Shown: piece by piece, positions 50,544 to 63,939 of the stretch
How positions within the stretch are numbered: position 1 is the first letter of the stretch
Layout: every line of letters starts with the position of its first letter
NCBI GenBank assembly: GCA_009103225.1
Contig: RHPI01001507.1
Location: 124,001 to 188,000 of the forward strand
Direction: 5' to 3'
DNA length: 64,000 nt
DNA from: Chlorokybus atmophyticus
Lineage: Eukaryota > Plantae > Mesostigma and Chlorokybus algae
Notes under the pieces: generated by a model
What the model saw: only the letters and a program-made list of their open reading frames with translations
Told to the model about the DNA's origin: nothing
Database searches by the model: none
Made by a program: the position numbers and the translations under genes

Positions 50544-51158
50544 TGTGTTGTAATAAGAATGGCCAAACAATATTCATTTAATTATGGGTATCTAAACTCG
50601 TCTCAACCTTAAATTTTTTGTAGTCATGCAATAGCGCTCAACCTGTTGGTTTATTCGTTAATGGACTGTAAACATATAACATCGGTGAGCGATGACATGT
50701 TGCATTTCGTACTTTAATAATTGAATTTTATTCAACCCCTGCATATTTTACCACCCTACTTGCCTGCTCTTGTGCATATACACATCAATTTAAGAAATTA
50801 ACATATCGATCATATAAAAATAACTGTAATAATGTCGAGCTCTTCTGCATGTGGGATATTGTGTTTTTGGTGAGCTACGATAAGAACGAAATGTTTAAAT
50901 CTCAAACATAGGTTAATTTCTTATAGTGACGTGTATCTGCACTAGAGGAGGCACTTAGAATAGTAAAATACACAGGGGTTAAATAAAATTGATCAAACCA
51001 TCAAAGATGTAATGCAACATGTCGTCGCTCATTGATGTTTTATGTTTACAATCCATTCAACAGGTTGAGTGCTATTGCAAGATCACAACATAAGGTTAAG
51101 ACGAGTTGAAATACCGATAATCTTATAGATATTGTTTGGCCACGCTTATCACAACACA
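50544..51158. mobile_element. AT-rich foldback element: ~255-bp inverted arms (50544-50806 and 50908-51158) around a ~100-bp spacer
   Basis: Arms align over their length (e.g. ggccaaacaatat, aactcgtct.aacctta, gcaatagc.ctcaacctgttg, gacatgttgcatt, aattttatt.aacccctg, aagaaattaac), roughly 75-80% by eye. No TSD identified. Confidence 0.75.
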
Positions 51159-51989
51159 CCAACAATTCATACTTATTACATATGTTCGTAGCGCTCCGAT
51201 GCTATATGCATTATTAAGTCGCATAGGTTTGGCCATAAAACAGTTAAATTATTTTCGTAAGGTGTATATAAGTAGATATATAACCATTTAATAGCATTGC
51301 AATATGCATATATATTCATTCAACATTATTACTGCAATTGCATCTGAAAGTTTGCATAAATCTATGTGGTTAACCATATGCTGTGATGCATGAGTCCATT
51401 TAAAATATGCTTGTGAGTTTACACACTAGGCTTGCATAATGTGCCAATGTGTTAACTCTCAAACAATACCACATTTATTGTTGATTGATAACATGCAAAA
51501 AGCAACTTTGTATGCTAAAGAACATATAAAAGATGTCATTGTAGCCCATATTGATGCTATTGAATGATTACTCATCTGTAAAATACAAACTATAACATGC
51601 TTATATAAGTACATGTTCATTATGTTTGCACATAGACGTAATCTGCTAGCTGACAGCATGAAGAAGACATCAAAGCTATATATGTGTTGCAGTATTACCA
51701 TATAAATCTTGAAATCAAAATTCTTGTACTTCCTTTTTGATGTTAGATGTAAGCATATAAAATGTACATGTGTATGTTTTAACAGTGCCAAATCCACTTT
51801 CAAAAGTATAATATCCAAATCCACAAGCATGATGGCTAAACTTAATGCAATCCATAGTAGATTGTTGTTTGCACTTCATCGATTATGGTAATCAGCATAT
51901 GATGTAACGATGTTTTTTTTGTGTTTTGTGATTATTTACCCTTTACTTATACAATATACAATGAACATCATGGTGTTCATATCTGATGT

Positions 51990-52300
51990 CTTATACATGA
52001 ATACCCATATGCATGCGCTGAGTGTCAAATCAATTAATGAAGACATTTTCTTAAATTAACTTCAAAACATTGTCGGCGACATGCCTCATTTGTCACAATG
52101 ATTCATTGCATTGCTTGCAATAATTTGTCATCATCAGTCAAATTTGTAACTCGGGCCTTCATGTTAAGGATTGATTGAAAGTTCGGTTGGGCTGCTTTGG
52201 TCGCAGTTATACGAATCGGGCATTCACATTCTGTTTATTGCCATTAACATTTGTAAGTCATACTTAAATATTCGCGATTACATACAAAAATGTGAATTAA
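51990..52300 (-). pseudogene. Possible relic of a MULE/FAR1-like N-terminal zinc-ribbon domain
   Basis: HIFVCNRE...TECECPIRI...FEVNLRKCLH..HSAH in one minus-strand frame with stops; motif-level resemblance only. Confidence 0.25.
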
Positions 52301-55300
52301 TTAAATTTACAGTGTCAAAAATCGCAATTGTTTCACCTAATTTCATCTTGCAAACATTGTTGGTGTGAACATCAATAAATCTCGGCGTCCGAAAGAGTAG
52401 GAAGACAACAACTTCACATTGGAGGGCTTACGAGCCACTTTTCCATCCTGCACTTCATGTGGCTGACGTAATGAACTTTTTCTTCCCCTCCCGCCAGCCA
52501 GTCTTTTGCTTCATTCAATTATTAGGATACCTTATGTTGCACAATGCGCACCATTTCTCATCTTGACATTTGCCATGCTTGGGTATGTGGATCGTGTTGC
52601 CAGTATCGAATGCGGTCTCTTGGACATAATGCAATTATAACTAGTTGATTACCGTTATTGTCATATTATCATATTGTTGCTAATCTTCACGTGCCTTATT
52701 ACATGCTTGACTTGTTACACCATAGCGCATTGCATTCGTTGCAATGATTTATCAATTAAGTAAACTCTGTAATTTGGGCCTGCACACTAGCACATTGCAA
52801 ATATAACACATGTTTCGCATTATTGTTTGCGCGTGACTTGTTGAGTTGCTAGCTTTGTCACAAAAGATTGACGACAAAAACGCAGAACGCCTGCAAATTC
52901 CATTCCAAGCTCTTGAGCGTGTGTCGCTTTGTAAAAACGCGCGTATAAAATATTGGTCTTCACGCGGCACCAAAAATTCACACGGTCACGCTGTTGAAAG
53001 AGCGAATGACAAGTAAGTGACTTAATTAGTCCGATGGTCCAAGCTCAACTACGGCAGCATCAACATCATATATCAATGCAGTGCGATTGTAGCGTTGTGC
53101 ACACATTCTCGCCGCGCATGCTGCTGTAGCAACTTTTATGGCCTCCACACATCGTATGAATTCATAAGTTAGATGGGCTGCTTTTGTCATGTTTAACTTA
53201 AGCAGACCTTGAGCTTGTTCCATGCCATTGCCACACGCAAGTCATTCATGTTCAAATAGTTTACGACATAATGACCGCATATCACAAGATTTGTGTCGCG
53301 GTTGTCTTACCTAGACCCAATTTCACCTTGCAAGTGTTATTAGCGTCAAGATTTTAACGACTTTATAAAAGGTGGGAAAAGAACACACATATATTATAAG
53401 CTTACATGCCACCCTTCCATCTTATAAGATAGTATACGCTTCTTCCATCGTATAAGATAGTACACACATGTCTTATGAATTTTAATTTTCTTTCGGCAGC
53501 CATTCTTTATACGTCGATTAATTATTAAGATACCCAATTTGCAAGCTTACCACAAGGCTGGCCGGTAACTTATCATGTTTGGTACTAGTTCGATGCCATT
53601 TTGGTAACATGCTACAATACATAAACCTCCTAAAATTAGACCCTCTTAGGAAGGCAATCCTAATTCCTTATGACGTAACATTTATAACGAATTACTCGTT
53701 AGGCTAATCAGCACATGAGCATGGCGTGTTGACCGCAAACATGGTTATAGATCAATATGCAGCTTGCGGCTACGCAATGTGCTATTTTGTTGATTTGAAC
53801 AACATCCCAAACTTGATGTTGTATGCGCAAGTATGAGCATAACATGTGCTTGCGAGCATGTATTGATGCTATTGTAAGGTAGCCATAACATGCCTAATGT
53901 AGCATGTGACATTTCGTGATTACCCAATGGGTTATGCTGTGCTGCAGGTGTGGTGAGTTGAAAGTCCGGGGGTACTACATTATAGTCAAATCAATCTTAC
54001 CGCCAATTTTCTTGTGTGGGCCCTAAAAAGTTGCTTTCGACAACATGGCACAAAATTAGATTATTAGCTAACGATATAACGATTTTCGCTACTACTACTA
54101 ATGCTTGTACAAGGCAAACTTTTTTAGTACAGGTAGTAAAACTAGTACAATAGTGATGTTAATGTTAAGACTCGCTCCGTTTCCCATTTAAACGTGGTCA
54201 TATTTGGGTTTGTGCAATAAGAAAATGTGCTTTTTTATGAACGCAATGCATAATAACTCAGCTGTAGTTAAGTTTTGATGCTTATGCGAACACGACATCA
54301 CGACAAGAACAACATAATGTACAATACAATCACGACAGCAAATTGTACATTTCGCTTACGGGTCTACGGCATGCCAACAAATACCGCACAATCCTTCATG
54401 CACTTGCGTCTTCATCTTTCAAAATTTGATAAATTTGTAGCAAACATCAACTTGATGTTTCTGCCATTATTGCTTGTGTGCAGCAACATACTGATCTTGC
54501 CTAATGTACTCCTCATCGTATATGCATGACTGTGCCTGAAATTGCTAATTTTCACCTCTACCCTTCTCTTGCACTATTGCTAGGGTTGCATAGAGCCACG
54601 CATAAAGCAAAAGAAAAACTTCAAGCAAGCGTTCACAACCTCTGACGACATCCACTCGTTGAAAGCGTTGGCAATGCTACATGCTGAAAGGTAACAAATC
54701 ATAAGATTAATTGCTTACAACACAAGACCTTCGCTACCGTACAACATTGTGATGCATGCACACTTAGCACAGTCAGCAACCCATCACCCGCAGCGGGTGC
54801 TGATGACTAGTTTCAAGTGTGCACCCATAAGTTTTTGTGTTGCCTGCATTGAGGTGTACTGCAACCAACTGAGCTGCCGACTGCCGATGCGTGTACAAAG
54901 AGTTGTAGCAACGAAGTGCAACAAGGCTGGTTGTGGCAGCTCTCGCGAGCGTGGGACAACAGTAAAGCTGCTTTTCAACATACAATCAAGTCAGCAAGTC
55001 ATCAGTATATGCTTGGGAGATGTCCAGCAAGTTCCATAAAATGTTACCCGAGCAGCTGTCAGCGCCGTGTAACTAGCAGTGTGCTGATGACAGTGTAACA
55101 ACTAGTGACAACATGGTCACATTCGCATGTACACACAACCACGAGGTGAGAGAGAAATCTATAGTTTTAATTCGCAGTGTTTTGCGCAGCTGAATATTAA
55201 ACAATAAACAGTGGCAACTCCGCTGCACCTGAAAGAAGCAGTGGGTTGGCAAATATGCTTCTCACATGCTAAGCTTTGCTGGCATGCAGAGGATGCGGTG

Positions 55301-57997
55301 CTGACACTTGTGTGCTTGGGCATAGGCAGCTTACGCACAGCAGAGAGGGTATGGATCTGTAACACCAGCTATTGCTGCCCAACAATGCCAGTAAGAGGAT
55401 GGTGCTACTTGGCAGTTATGCTGCTGCGGCTTCAGCCCGCACCACACTCAGCGCAAGCTGCTTTTCTGAAGGCCACGTTAATCGTGACAGCTGCTCCCAG
55501 GCGGCAGCATGCTTAACGCTGCCTCCCACACCATCCTACACAAACTGCAGCCGTAACCACCGCCGTCGCCCACATCAATGCCCCGAACAACGGCATTGAC
55601 ACGAATAGCAAGTTTGCAAGTTATTGTTATTAGGGACCTCACTTAAGTCACGCACTCCCGCGCGGGAGCGCATGACCAAACCGAGGTCCCCTACTATAAG
55701 TGTCGGTATCGAATCCGCTTTGCTAGCATGGGTAGGCGTGTTTGCTGTTAAGTCACGGATGGGTGGTGTGTTTGGCGGTCGCGCTACGATTATGAGTCGT
55801 CGTATTATGGTCTTGCGGATCAACGGAGTTGCTGCCGCTAACCGGCTGTTTTGGTTTTTTCAACAGAATGCATACTTGTGATAAACTGTGTAGGCGTTCG
55901 TCGGTTAGGTTCCGTATAACCGGCTTTTGTGATGTGGGTGATGGGCGCCGCAGGCGGGCGCTGACGGTACCAATAGCTTTGCATGGTGTGTTGGGTAACG
56001 GGGTAAGCGTAAGTGGTCTGGTTGAGGCTGCCACCGCCGGCGGCGGCAAGGCAGGAAGGCGGTGGTGGAGCATCGCTGGCATTGTTTTTGCGCTTTGAGC
56101 AAGCAACCGTGTTGTAGTGGCTGCTGTTGTCGATAACGCAGTCCCTACTCGAGCCGCCTTCGTGGCCCCTTGTTGCTGTTGTTGGCGGCGGTGTTGTGGG
56201 CTGCCATGGCGGTGGTGGGAAGCAAGCATGCCGGCCGCGTCGGTGCGCGTGTTTTGGGTGACACGGGTGTGGCCAGCGGGGCGGGCGATAGCATGAGCTC
56301 CGCGGGCATGCAGGGTTTGCCTTAACAAGACAGCAGGCCAGGCAACCCCACTTAGTGGCATAGCATCAACCCGTGCTGCTGTCACTGTCGGCCGTGCTTG
56401 TGCACAGCTTCGGTTAGCGCACGTGCAAAGCTCACAAGCTGCAGGTGTAACACACGTGTTTGTAAGGATGTATTTGGCAAAACAACACGTGACACATGCA
56501 GCACAAGACATGCGTGTAACCTGCATATCTTGTGCTGCACGCGTCGCATAGTAATAGCACAGCTAATTATTGAGCTTTTGTTTGCCAATTCTACCTGCGC
56601 ACGAGTAGCTCTTGCAGACTTTACACTTGCATGCAAGTCCTTATCGTGTCGCTTAACACGCTGCGGCCTATGCTGCTGTAACACGATGTGCTGCATTGCA
56701 TCCATTGCATGTGCTGTCTGGTACATATGTCGCCTCCTCATAAACTTGTGTGCTCCTGAAGTAGGCCACCTGACAGGCTTCGCGCATTGGTTGATTGAAA
56801 GCGCTAGTGCCGCAACCAACCACAATTTGCTCACACGTGCGTTCTGCAGCACTCTCACGCACTGTTTGTATTAGATTAGCTGGCTTGCTGCGCTACCACT
56901 GGGTGAAGCTCATCATCTACATTCAATTTCCATTTCGGGGGCAACCTATCTCATTCAACACTTGCCACGCAGCATATGAAAGGTTTATGCTGATAAGGCC
57001 CAACAAGCAAATACCAGCCTATCTGTCACAAGTTTCCTTGTCACTCACTGCGTGTGGCTTGCCAATCGAGTTGATAATGACTGTTTGGCAGTGCAAGCCC
57101 CGGCATTCAATCATGCACACTTGGCCCAGAAATTGCCACAGTCAGGTCACAATATTGCGGTCGTACCACTCTATATTAAAGTGAGCTACGGCACTGTCAT
57201 ACAATACGTCTCGTGCTGCTCGTGCGCATCGTGATTAGTGTCAGCACGGTTCACAAAAGAAAGCTTCATGCCGAGGCTCAGACAGTATACCAACGTAGCA
57301 GTAACAATCTGACATCACATGTAGCTCAACTCAAGGCTCATGACGAGAGCAATGCGATGATGTAACGATGCTCGTGCTCACATACACAGCACACAAGTCA
57401 TACAACACATGTGTGCAGCTGAGCACAATCTTCACACCGGAACCTTGCCTTCACTCGCGCACGCACGCACGCGTCGAGCGCGCACACGCACACGAACACT
57501 ACTACTTCTCACGCCAAGCAAGAACGCAGCAGTGTGCCTTGGACCACAACTCCCTCAAGCATGCACCAGCATACTCACAGCAGAGAGCAGAAAACAAAGT
57601 TGGTTGCATTACACAGGGTTTTTCTATTTATACAAGCACTAGAAAAAAATAGCCTAATTAACAGGCATTTCATTATTTACTACCAAATCTAAAGGCAGGT
57701 CCAAGTGCAGGCTCCCCGCCACGCGCGTTGGGCCTTCGGCGGCTGTGTGACTGTGCAGTCCGCGTCACCTGGCACTGCACAGCGCGTGTCCAGTCAGCGG
57801 CTGTGTCACAACCGCGTGGCAGGTGGGTCACGTCGCTGAATTAGCTGCTGTCGAGCAGGTCGCATGCGAGTCGCGCGCGGCAGCAGGGGCAGGCGCCACA
57901 TGGGCTTAATAAAGCTCATAAAAGCCCTCATCAAGCCAGCAAAAAAGGCAAAATAAGTACTTTATGTACAATAAAATACAAAAAATGCCCCAGGCTG

Positions 57998-60900
57998 TTA
58001 CACCCCTTCCCTCCCGGGGGAGCTTCGTCCTCGAAGCTGACGACTGCCTCCTCTGGTCTTGTAGTCTTGCAAGACCTGTTTGGCATTGGTAAAGCTCTCC
58101 TCGGGCTCGTATGTCGCCTCGTGCATTGGATAGCCACGCCACTTCACCAAATACTTGCGCACGCCTCGGATCAGCTTGTCCGTGACAATTGCTTCCACTT
58201 CCCACTCAGCCTCACCTTCACGAACCACATCTGGAGGCGGACGAGCTGGTGGCTCCCCTCGATAACCTTTAAGAAGCGAGACATGAAAAACAGGGTGCAC
58301 ATGCATGGTATTGGGCAGCTCCAGCTTGTAGGCCACCTTCGAGATGACCTTGATCACTTTAAAGGGCCCAAACCATCGCTCACTCAGCTTGCGCACCCCC
58401 GTGACCAGCTGCACATGCTTGGTTGAAAGCATTACAAGGTCACCCTCCTCGAACACAACATCCTTGCGACGCGCATCGGCGTATTGCTTTTGCCGGTTTT
58501 GCGCCACACGCAAAGCCTCTCGAGCTGCCTTGGTAATGTCGGCACACCTGTCAAGAAAGCCGTCCACGGCCTCCACATCTGAACTTTGCATGCTAGGCAC
58601 CCACGCCGTCAATGGCGTCAATGGATGTTGCCCATAGTTCATAAGGAAAGGTGTCACGCCCGTGCTTGCACTCTTGTGGTTGTTAATGGTGAACTCAATC
58701 AGCTCCAGCATGTCTCCCCAATTGTCTTGGCGGCTGTTCACATAGCACCGTAGCATGTCTTCGATGACGCGGTTGGCGCGCTCCGTTTGGCCGTCCGTTT
58801 CAGGGTGGTACGCGGTGCTGAACTTCAAGCTCGTGCCTAGAGTTGCGTGGAGAGCTCTCCAAAAGTTGCCAGTAAACCGCGGGTCTCTATCACTGATAAT
58901 GCTTCTTGGAAGGCCATGAGAGCGCACCACATGCTTGATGAACAACTTGGCAGCCTCGGGAGCTGTGCAAGTCTCCGTACATGGCGCCAATCGCACCATT
59001 TTGCTAGTCTTGTCCACAAACACCAAGATAGCATCATGCCCTTCACGTGTCCGTNTAAGATAGCATCATGCCCTTCACGTGTCCGTGGCAGCCCCGTGAT
59101 GAAGTCAAGAGTAACTTGCTCCCACTTCGTCAAAGGTATCGGCAATGGTTGGAGCAGCCCACTGGCGCGTTGATTGCTCGCCTTCACCCTTTGACAAGTG
59201 TCGCACAATGCCACATAGTCCTTAACGTCACGATGCATCTCCGACCAGAAAAATTTCTGTTTCAACAAGGCTAGTGTCCGTTCCAGCCCTTGATGACCAG
59301 CCATTGGCACATCATGCGCTTCCTTCATCAATGCCACGCGCATGTGCGCAATGTTGGGTATGTACATGCGATCGCCATGCCATAGCAGCCCGTCCTTCAA
59401 TGCCCAAAGGCCGCTATGTTCAGTCCCATTCTCCAACGCCTCAATGGTCTTCTCCCCCACCGCGTCCTCATGCAATAAGGCACGGATCTGGTCAAGCCAC
59501 TTGGGCTGCACTTGCACCACCGTTTCAAGCGCGTTGAGTTGACGGCTTAATGCGTCCGCAACCTTATTTGAAGAGCCCGGCTTGTACTTCACTTCAAAGT
59601 CGAAGAGTTGGAAGAACTCGAGCCAACGAGCTTGCCGCCGTGAGAGGTGAGGCTGCGTTTGAAGGTACCTTAATGGCGAGTGGTCCGTCTCAAGTGTGAA
59701 CCGCTTGCCTTCAAGGAAACAACGCCATTGCCGTAGCGCTAGCACCTGCGCCAGCAATTCCTTCTCATGAACGGGGTAGTTGAGCTCAGCCCCGCTCATC
59801 TTCTTGCTGAAATAGGCCACCGGTTGCAAGCCGTTGCCGTGATCCTGCTGCAAAACAGCCCCAATAGCCTTGTCGGACGCATCACACGCCACCACAAAGG
59901 GCAATTGCATGTTGGGATGCAGCAGCACGGGAGCCGATGTCAGGGCCTCTTTCAAGTCGGAAAATGCCTTTGTTGCAGCCTCCGACCAGCTCCAAGCCAC
60001 CCCCTTCCTCAACAATGCCGTCAATGGTGCCGCCAAGTGCGAAAAGCCCTTTACAAACTTACGATAGTAGCCGGCAAGCCCTAGGAACGACATGACACCC
60101 TTCACGTCCTTCGGGGCAGCCCAATCGCGCACCGCGGCAAGCTTGCTTGGATCTGCCTTGATTCCTTGCTTGGATACAATGTGGCCAAGGTATTCTACCT
60201 CTTCAAGCAAGAAGCGGCACTTGTTGAGCTGAGCAAACAACTTGTGTGTACGTAAACGCTGCATCACCTCGTGTAGCAATGCCACGTGCTCTCTCTTGCT
60301 CTTTGTGTACACAAGGATGTCGTCGAGGTACACTAGCACGCCCTTGCCAATCAGATCAGCAAAGACCTCATTCATCAAGGTTTGAAAGGTTGCCGGAGCA
60401 TTTGTCATGCCAAAGGACATCACCAACCACTCATAGTGGCCATAGCGAGTGTTGAAAGCCGTCTTCTCAACGTCTTCGGGCGCAACACGGATCTGATGGT
60501 AGCCACCAGCTAGGTCCAAGCTTGAGAAGAACTCAGCACCCTCGAGCTGCTCCAACAACTCATCAATGCGTGGCAAAGGGAACACATTCTTCTTGGTGAT
60601 GTTGTTGAGTGGCCGATAGTCGATGCACATGCGCAAGGCTCCGCTCTTCTTACGTACAAATAGGATAGGTGCACCGTAAGGAGACTTGCTGTGCCTGATG
60701 TACCCACGTTGTAGAAGGTCCTCGACTTGGCTCCTCGCCTCTTCGAGTTCAGCCGGAGACAACTTGTACACCGGTCGGTACGGCGGCTTGTGCACGCCCT
60801 CTATCAGTTCCACACGGTGATCAACACTTCGCGTGGGTGGCAGACCAGCTGGTAGCCCATCCACCATGACGTCTTTGAACTCTTCAAGCAACCTCTGCAC

Positions 60901-61758
60901 CTCGGGGTCCTTCGAACTCTCCGAACCAGTGCCGACCAGCTCCAAGTCCGACTTGGGAGGTGTCTCACGCACCATGCACAGCCATGCATCCTTCACATTG
61001 TTCCCGGACCAGATCTGCTCCATCTTGGTCTTAGAAACTTGTGACACCAGCTCTGGAACCCCTCCCCTTGAGCTAGAAGCATGTTGTGGTGCAGCTTGCT
61101 GGCGCGCCGTCGTGTCGTGCGCGTCACGCGCATGCAGCACATTGCTAGCAGCCTCGACGCAGCTCACACGCTCTTGAACCACACACGCGCCTTGCATTGA
61201 AGCATTGAAGCACATCAAAACCTCACCACCAGCTTCCGGGGTAGTGAGCACCCGCTTCCTCCAATCAATGGCGGGGTTATGTGACCAAAGCCAAGGCAGC
61301 CCCAAAATGCCATCAAAGCCGTTGTTCAGCTCGATGCAGCCAAAGCGTAGGCGATCCTTCATCATCCCCACGTGCATTTCAAGCTCTTTGCTTTGCTTGG
61401 AAGCTCCTCCTGCTGGCGCATAGCCGTCCGCTAGAGCCACCGAGCCGGCATTTGCCCATGACAACCACTTGTGCCGACGCGCAACCTCACGACTCATGAA
61501 ATTGCTGTTCGCGCCGCAATCCACCAGCATCTTGCACTCCATCCATGGCCCATTGCCCTCACGGATCAGAGCCATGACTCCCAACAGCTGCCTCGCCTTG
61601 TCGGGCACTCGAACCATACCGCTTTGCGTTGCCGTTGCGCACATGCCGCCAACCGTCAACAACGCTTCCACGCCAGCCGCTGGACATTCGACATCATAGT
61701 GAGGCTGCATCACCACCCCAACAGGAGCCTCTCCAGCTACCGAGGTGAGCCGTTTCCC
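57998..61758 (-). CDS. pol: Pol (PR-RT-RH-IN-chromodomain) of element B, entered by -1 frameshift; the apparent break at 59055 is an assembly artefact
   Basis: LVDCGA, YLDDIL, ACDASD, HDVPMAGH...CDTC, GQTERANR, EWEVEAIV...YLVKWRGY. A 30-bp exact duplication (59025-59054 and 59057-59086) straddles a single N and shifts the frame. Confidence 0.9.
61701..61758 (-). promoter_or_regulatory. Predicted -1 ribosomal frameshift signal (canonical G_GGA_AAC, 6-nt spacer, H-type pseudoknot), element B
   Basis: Heptamer at 61758-61752 in the gag frame. S1 cctcggtag pairs with ctgttgggg; S2 gaggct pairs with agcctc; loops 5, 1 and 9 nt. A -1 shift reads GKRLTSVAGE directly into the pol ORF. Confidence 0.85.
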
Positions 61759-62783
61759 GGCTGCAACATCTCCTCCTCCACCATGTTCACGCGTCCACCG
61801 CTGCGAGCGTTGCGGGCATGTGCAGCAGACTTTGCCTTATAGATAGGGCAGTTGGAGCGCACGTGATCAGCAGAAGAGCACTCCCAGCACTTCCGAACAG
61901 CCTTGGCAGCCTCCCGACCCTTTGGGGCCTTCATAGCAACATGGAGCGCACCCAATTCCATTGGAGTTGGTCCCAAGCCAGCCCCCTGAGTTGCTGCAGC
62001 TCCCGAACCAGCCCCAACAGATGCGTATGAGCGATACGAACCTCCACGGAAGTGATTGTAATGTCCACGATCAGTGTTTTTGGCAGCCCCCTTGAAGTAC
62101 AACACGTCCGTGCGCTCAGCAATGCGAATGGCCTCCGCGAGAGTCTTGGCGTCACGAAGCTCAACTTCCTTGTGACAAAGAGTCTTCAACCCGCGCGTGT
62201 AGCGGTCCTGCTGCTCCTCCTCAGTCATGTTCGGTACAGAGAGCACAAGACGCTGAAACGCAGAGGTATAGGCCATCACGGACTGCGTTTGCACAAGCGT
62301 AGAGAGCTGGTCGCGTGCCGTCTTCACACTCTCCACCGGTACGAACTGTTTCTTCACCTCAGCAGCCAGCTCAGCCACGGTAGTGAAAGGAACCTCAAGA
62401 CCAGCTTCCACACGAGCACAACGATGACGCCACCACACAAGTGCAGCTCCCTCAAAGAAAGTAGCAGCCACATCGACACGGAGATGTATAGGTACCTCGG
62501 TGAGCTTTAACCATGTCGAAACGGCAAACACCCATTCCTCCACACAGTCACCGTCCCTCTGACCCTTGAATGGCTTTGGTTTTGGTAGCTTCACATGACG
62601 AGAGGCTGATGGGGCAACCACAGGAGCTGTAACGGGCGTGGACGCGCGCGCTTGCGCCATGGCTTGTTGAAATTGTGCCACTTGAGCTTGGGCAGATGCT
62701 TGGACACGTTGCAGCTCCTCATGAGCAGCTACCAGCACTTGCTGAAGCTCCACAACACGTGCATCATCCATGGTAGCGTCCAT
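61737..62783 (-). CDS. gag: Gag polyprotein of element B
   Basis: PKPKPFKG...WVFAVSTW, YTSAFQRL, YTRGLKT and zinc knuckle CWECSSADHVRSNC; intact 348-aa ORF. Confidence 0.95.
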   Translation of the reverse strand: MDATMDDARVVELQQVLVAAHEELQRVQASAQAQVAQFQQAMAQARASTPVTAPVVAPSASRHVKLPKPKPFKGQRDGDCVEEWVFAVSTWLKLTEVPIHLRVDVAATFFEGAALVWWRHRCARVEAGLEVPFTTVAELAAEVKKQFVPVESVKTARDQLSTLVQTQSVMAYTSAFQRLVLSVPNMTEEEQQDRYTRGLKTLCHKEVELRDAKTLAEAIRIAERTDVLYFKGAAKNTDRGHYNHFRGGSYRSYASVGAGSGAAATQGAGLGPTPMELGALHVAMKAPKGREAAKAVRKCWECSSADHVRSNCPIYKAKSAAHARNARSGGRVNMVEEEMLQPGNGSPR

Positions 62784-63939
62784 AAACAGAAAAATACCTC
62801 ACACACCAAAGAGATAGTTAATATCCCCTTAAAACAAGAAACCCAACCCCTCCAAGGGCTCCGATACCACTGTAACGATGCTCGTGCTCACATACACAGC
62901 ACACAAGTCATACAACACATGTGTGCAGCTGAGCACAATCTTCACACCGGAACCTTGCCTTCACTCGCGCACGCACGCACGCGTCGAGCGCGCCCACGCA
63001 CACGAACACTACTACTTCTCACGCCAAGCAAGAACGCAGCAGTGTGCCTTGGACCACAACTCCCTCAAGCATGCACCAGCATACTCACAGCAGAGAGCAG
63101 AAAACAAAGTTGGTTGCATTACACAGGGTTTTTCTATTTATACAAGCACTAGGAAGAAATAGCCTAATTAACAGGCATTTCATTATTTACTACCAAATCT
63201 AAAGGCAGGTCCAAGTGCAGGCTCCCCGCCACGCGCGTTGGGCCTTCGGCGGCTGTGTGACTGTGCGGTCCGCGTCACCTGGCACTGCACAGCGCGTGTC
63301 CAGTCAGCGGCTGTGTCACAACCGCGTGGCAGGTGGGTCACGTCGCTGAATTAGCTGCTGTCGAGCAGGTCGCAGGCGAGTCGCGCGCGGCAGCAGGGGC
63401 AGGCGCCACATGGGCTTAATAAAGCTCATAAAAGCCCTCATCAAGCCAGCAAAAAAGGCAAAATAAGTACTTTATGTACAATAAAATACAAAAAATGCCC
63501 CAGGCTGTTACAGATGAGCTGTGGTGTCACATCCCACTCAACCACAAAAGACTTGGTGCTTTTATAGTTGATTTGTGGTAAGTTAATGTACCTTCACGTT
63601 ACATTCCCCCCAACTTAAGAATGCTGACGTCCACGGCAGCTGGCTCGCATCGAATGGGGAATCATCCCAGGGGTCTAATCAGAGTCGATCACCGGCCCCA
63701 CCGGCCAAGAATCGGCCAATTTAGGCCCATAACGGTCAACGCGCGCATAGCGCACCGCTGCCGGCCCCACAGGTCGCGTCTCCGCGATAGGCAGGTCGCG
63801 CCCTGCCGCGCCGATCTGAACTGGTCAGTTCGGCGCGATTGCCATTAGGCAAGTCGCGACCCATCGATGATGGTACTTATAAAGTGACCATTTGCAATGT
63901 TATTGGATCGAGAAAAACGACCGCGGAGTTCGTGTACAA

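Larger units (their letters stand above)
57361..63512 (-). mobile_element. Full-length, recently inserted Ty3/gypsy chromovirus (element B; different family from A)
   Basis: 642-bp LTRs at 57361-58002 and 62871-63512 differing at about 5 positions. TSD GATGA (57356-57360, 63513-63517). PBS tggtatcggagc 62858-62869; PPT gggagggaagggg 58003-58015. gag and pol with chromodomain. Confidence 0.98.

Noticed and set aside
55575-56526. 257-aa Ala/Pro/Gln-rich minus-strand ORF and a neighbouring ORF
   Set aside because: Low complexity, no domain, and the only joining intron would be ~30 nt. It cannot be supported as a gene, although a decayed one is not excluded.
59025-59086. Apparent frameshift splitting pol of element B into two ORFs
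   Set aside because: An exact 30-bp duplication flanks a lone N, the signature of an unmerged contig overlap. Removing it restores the frame, so it is an assembly artefact.
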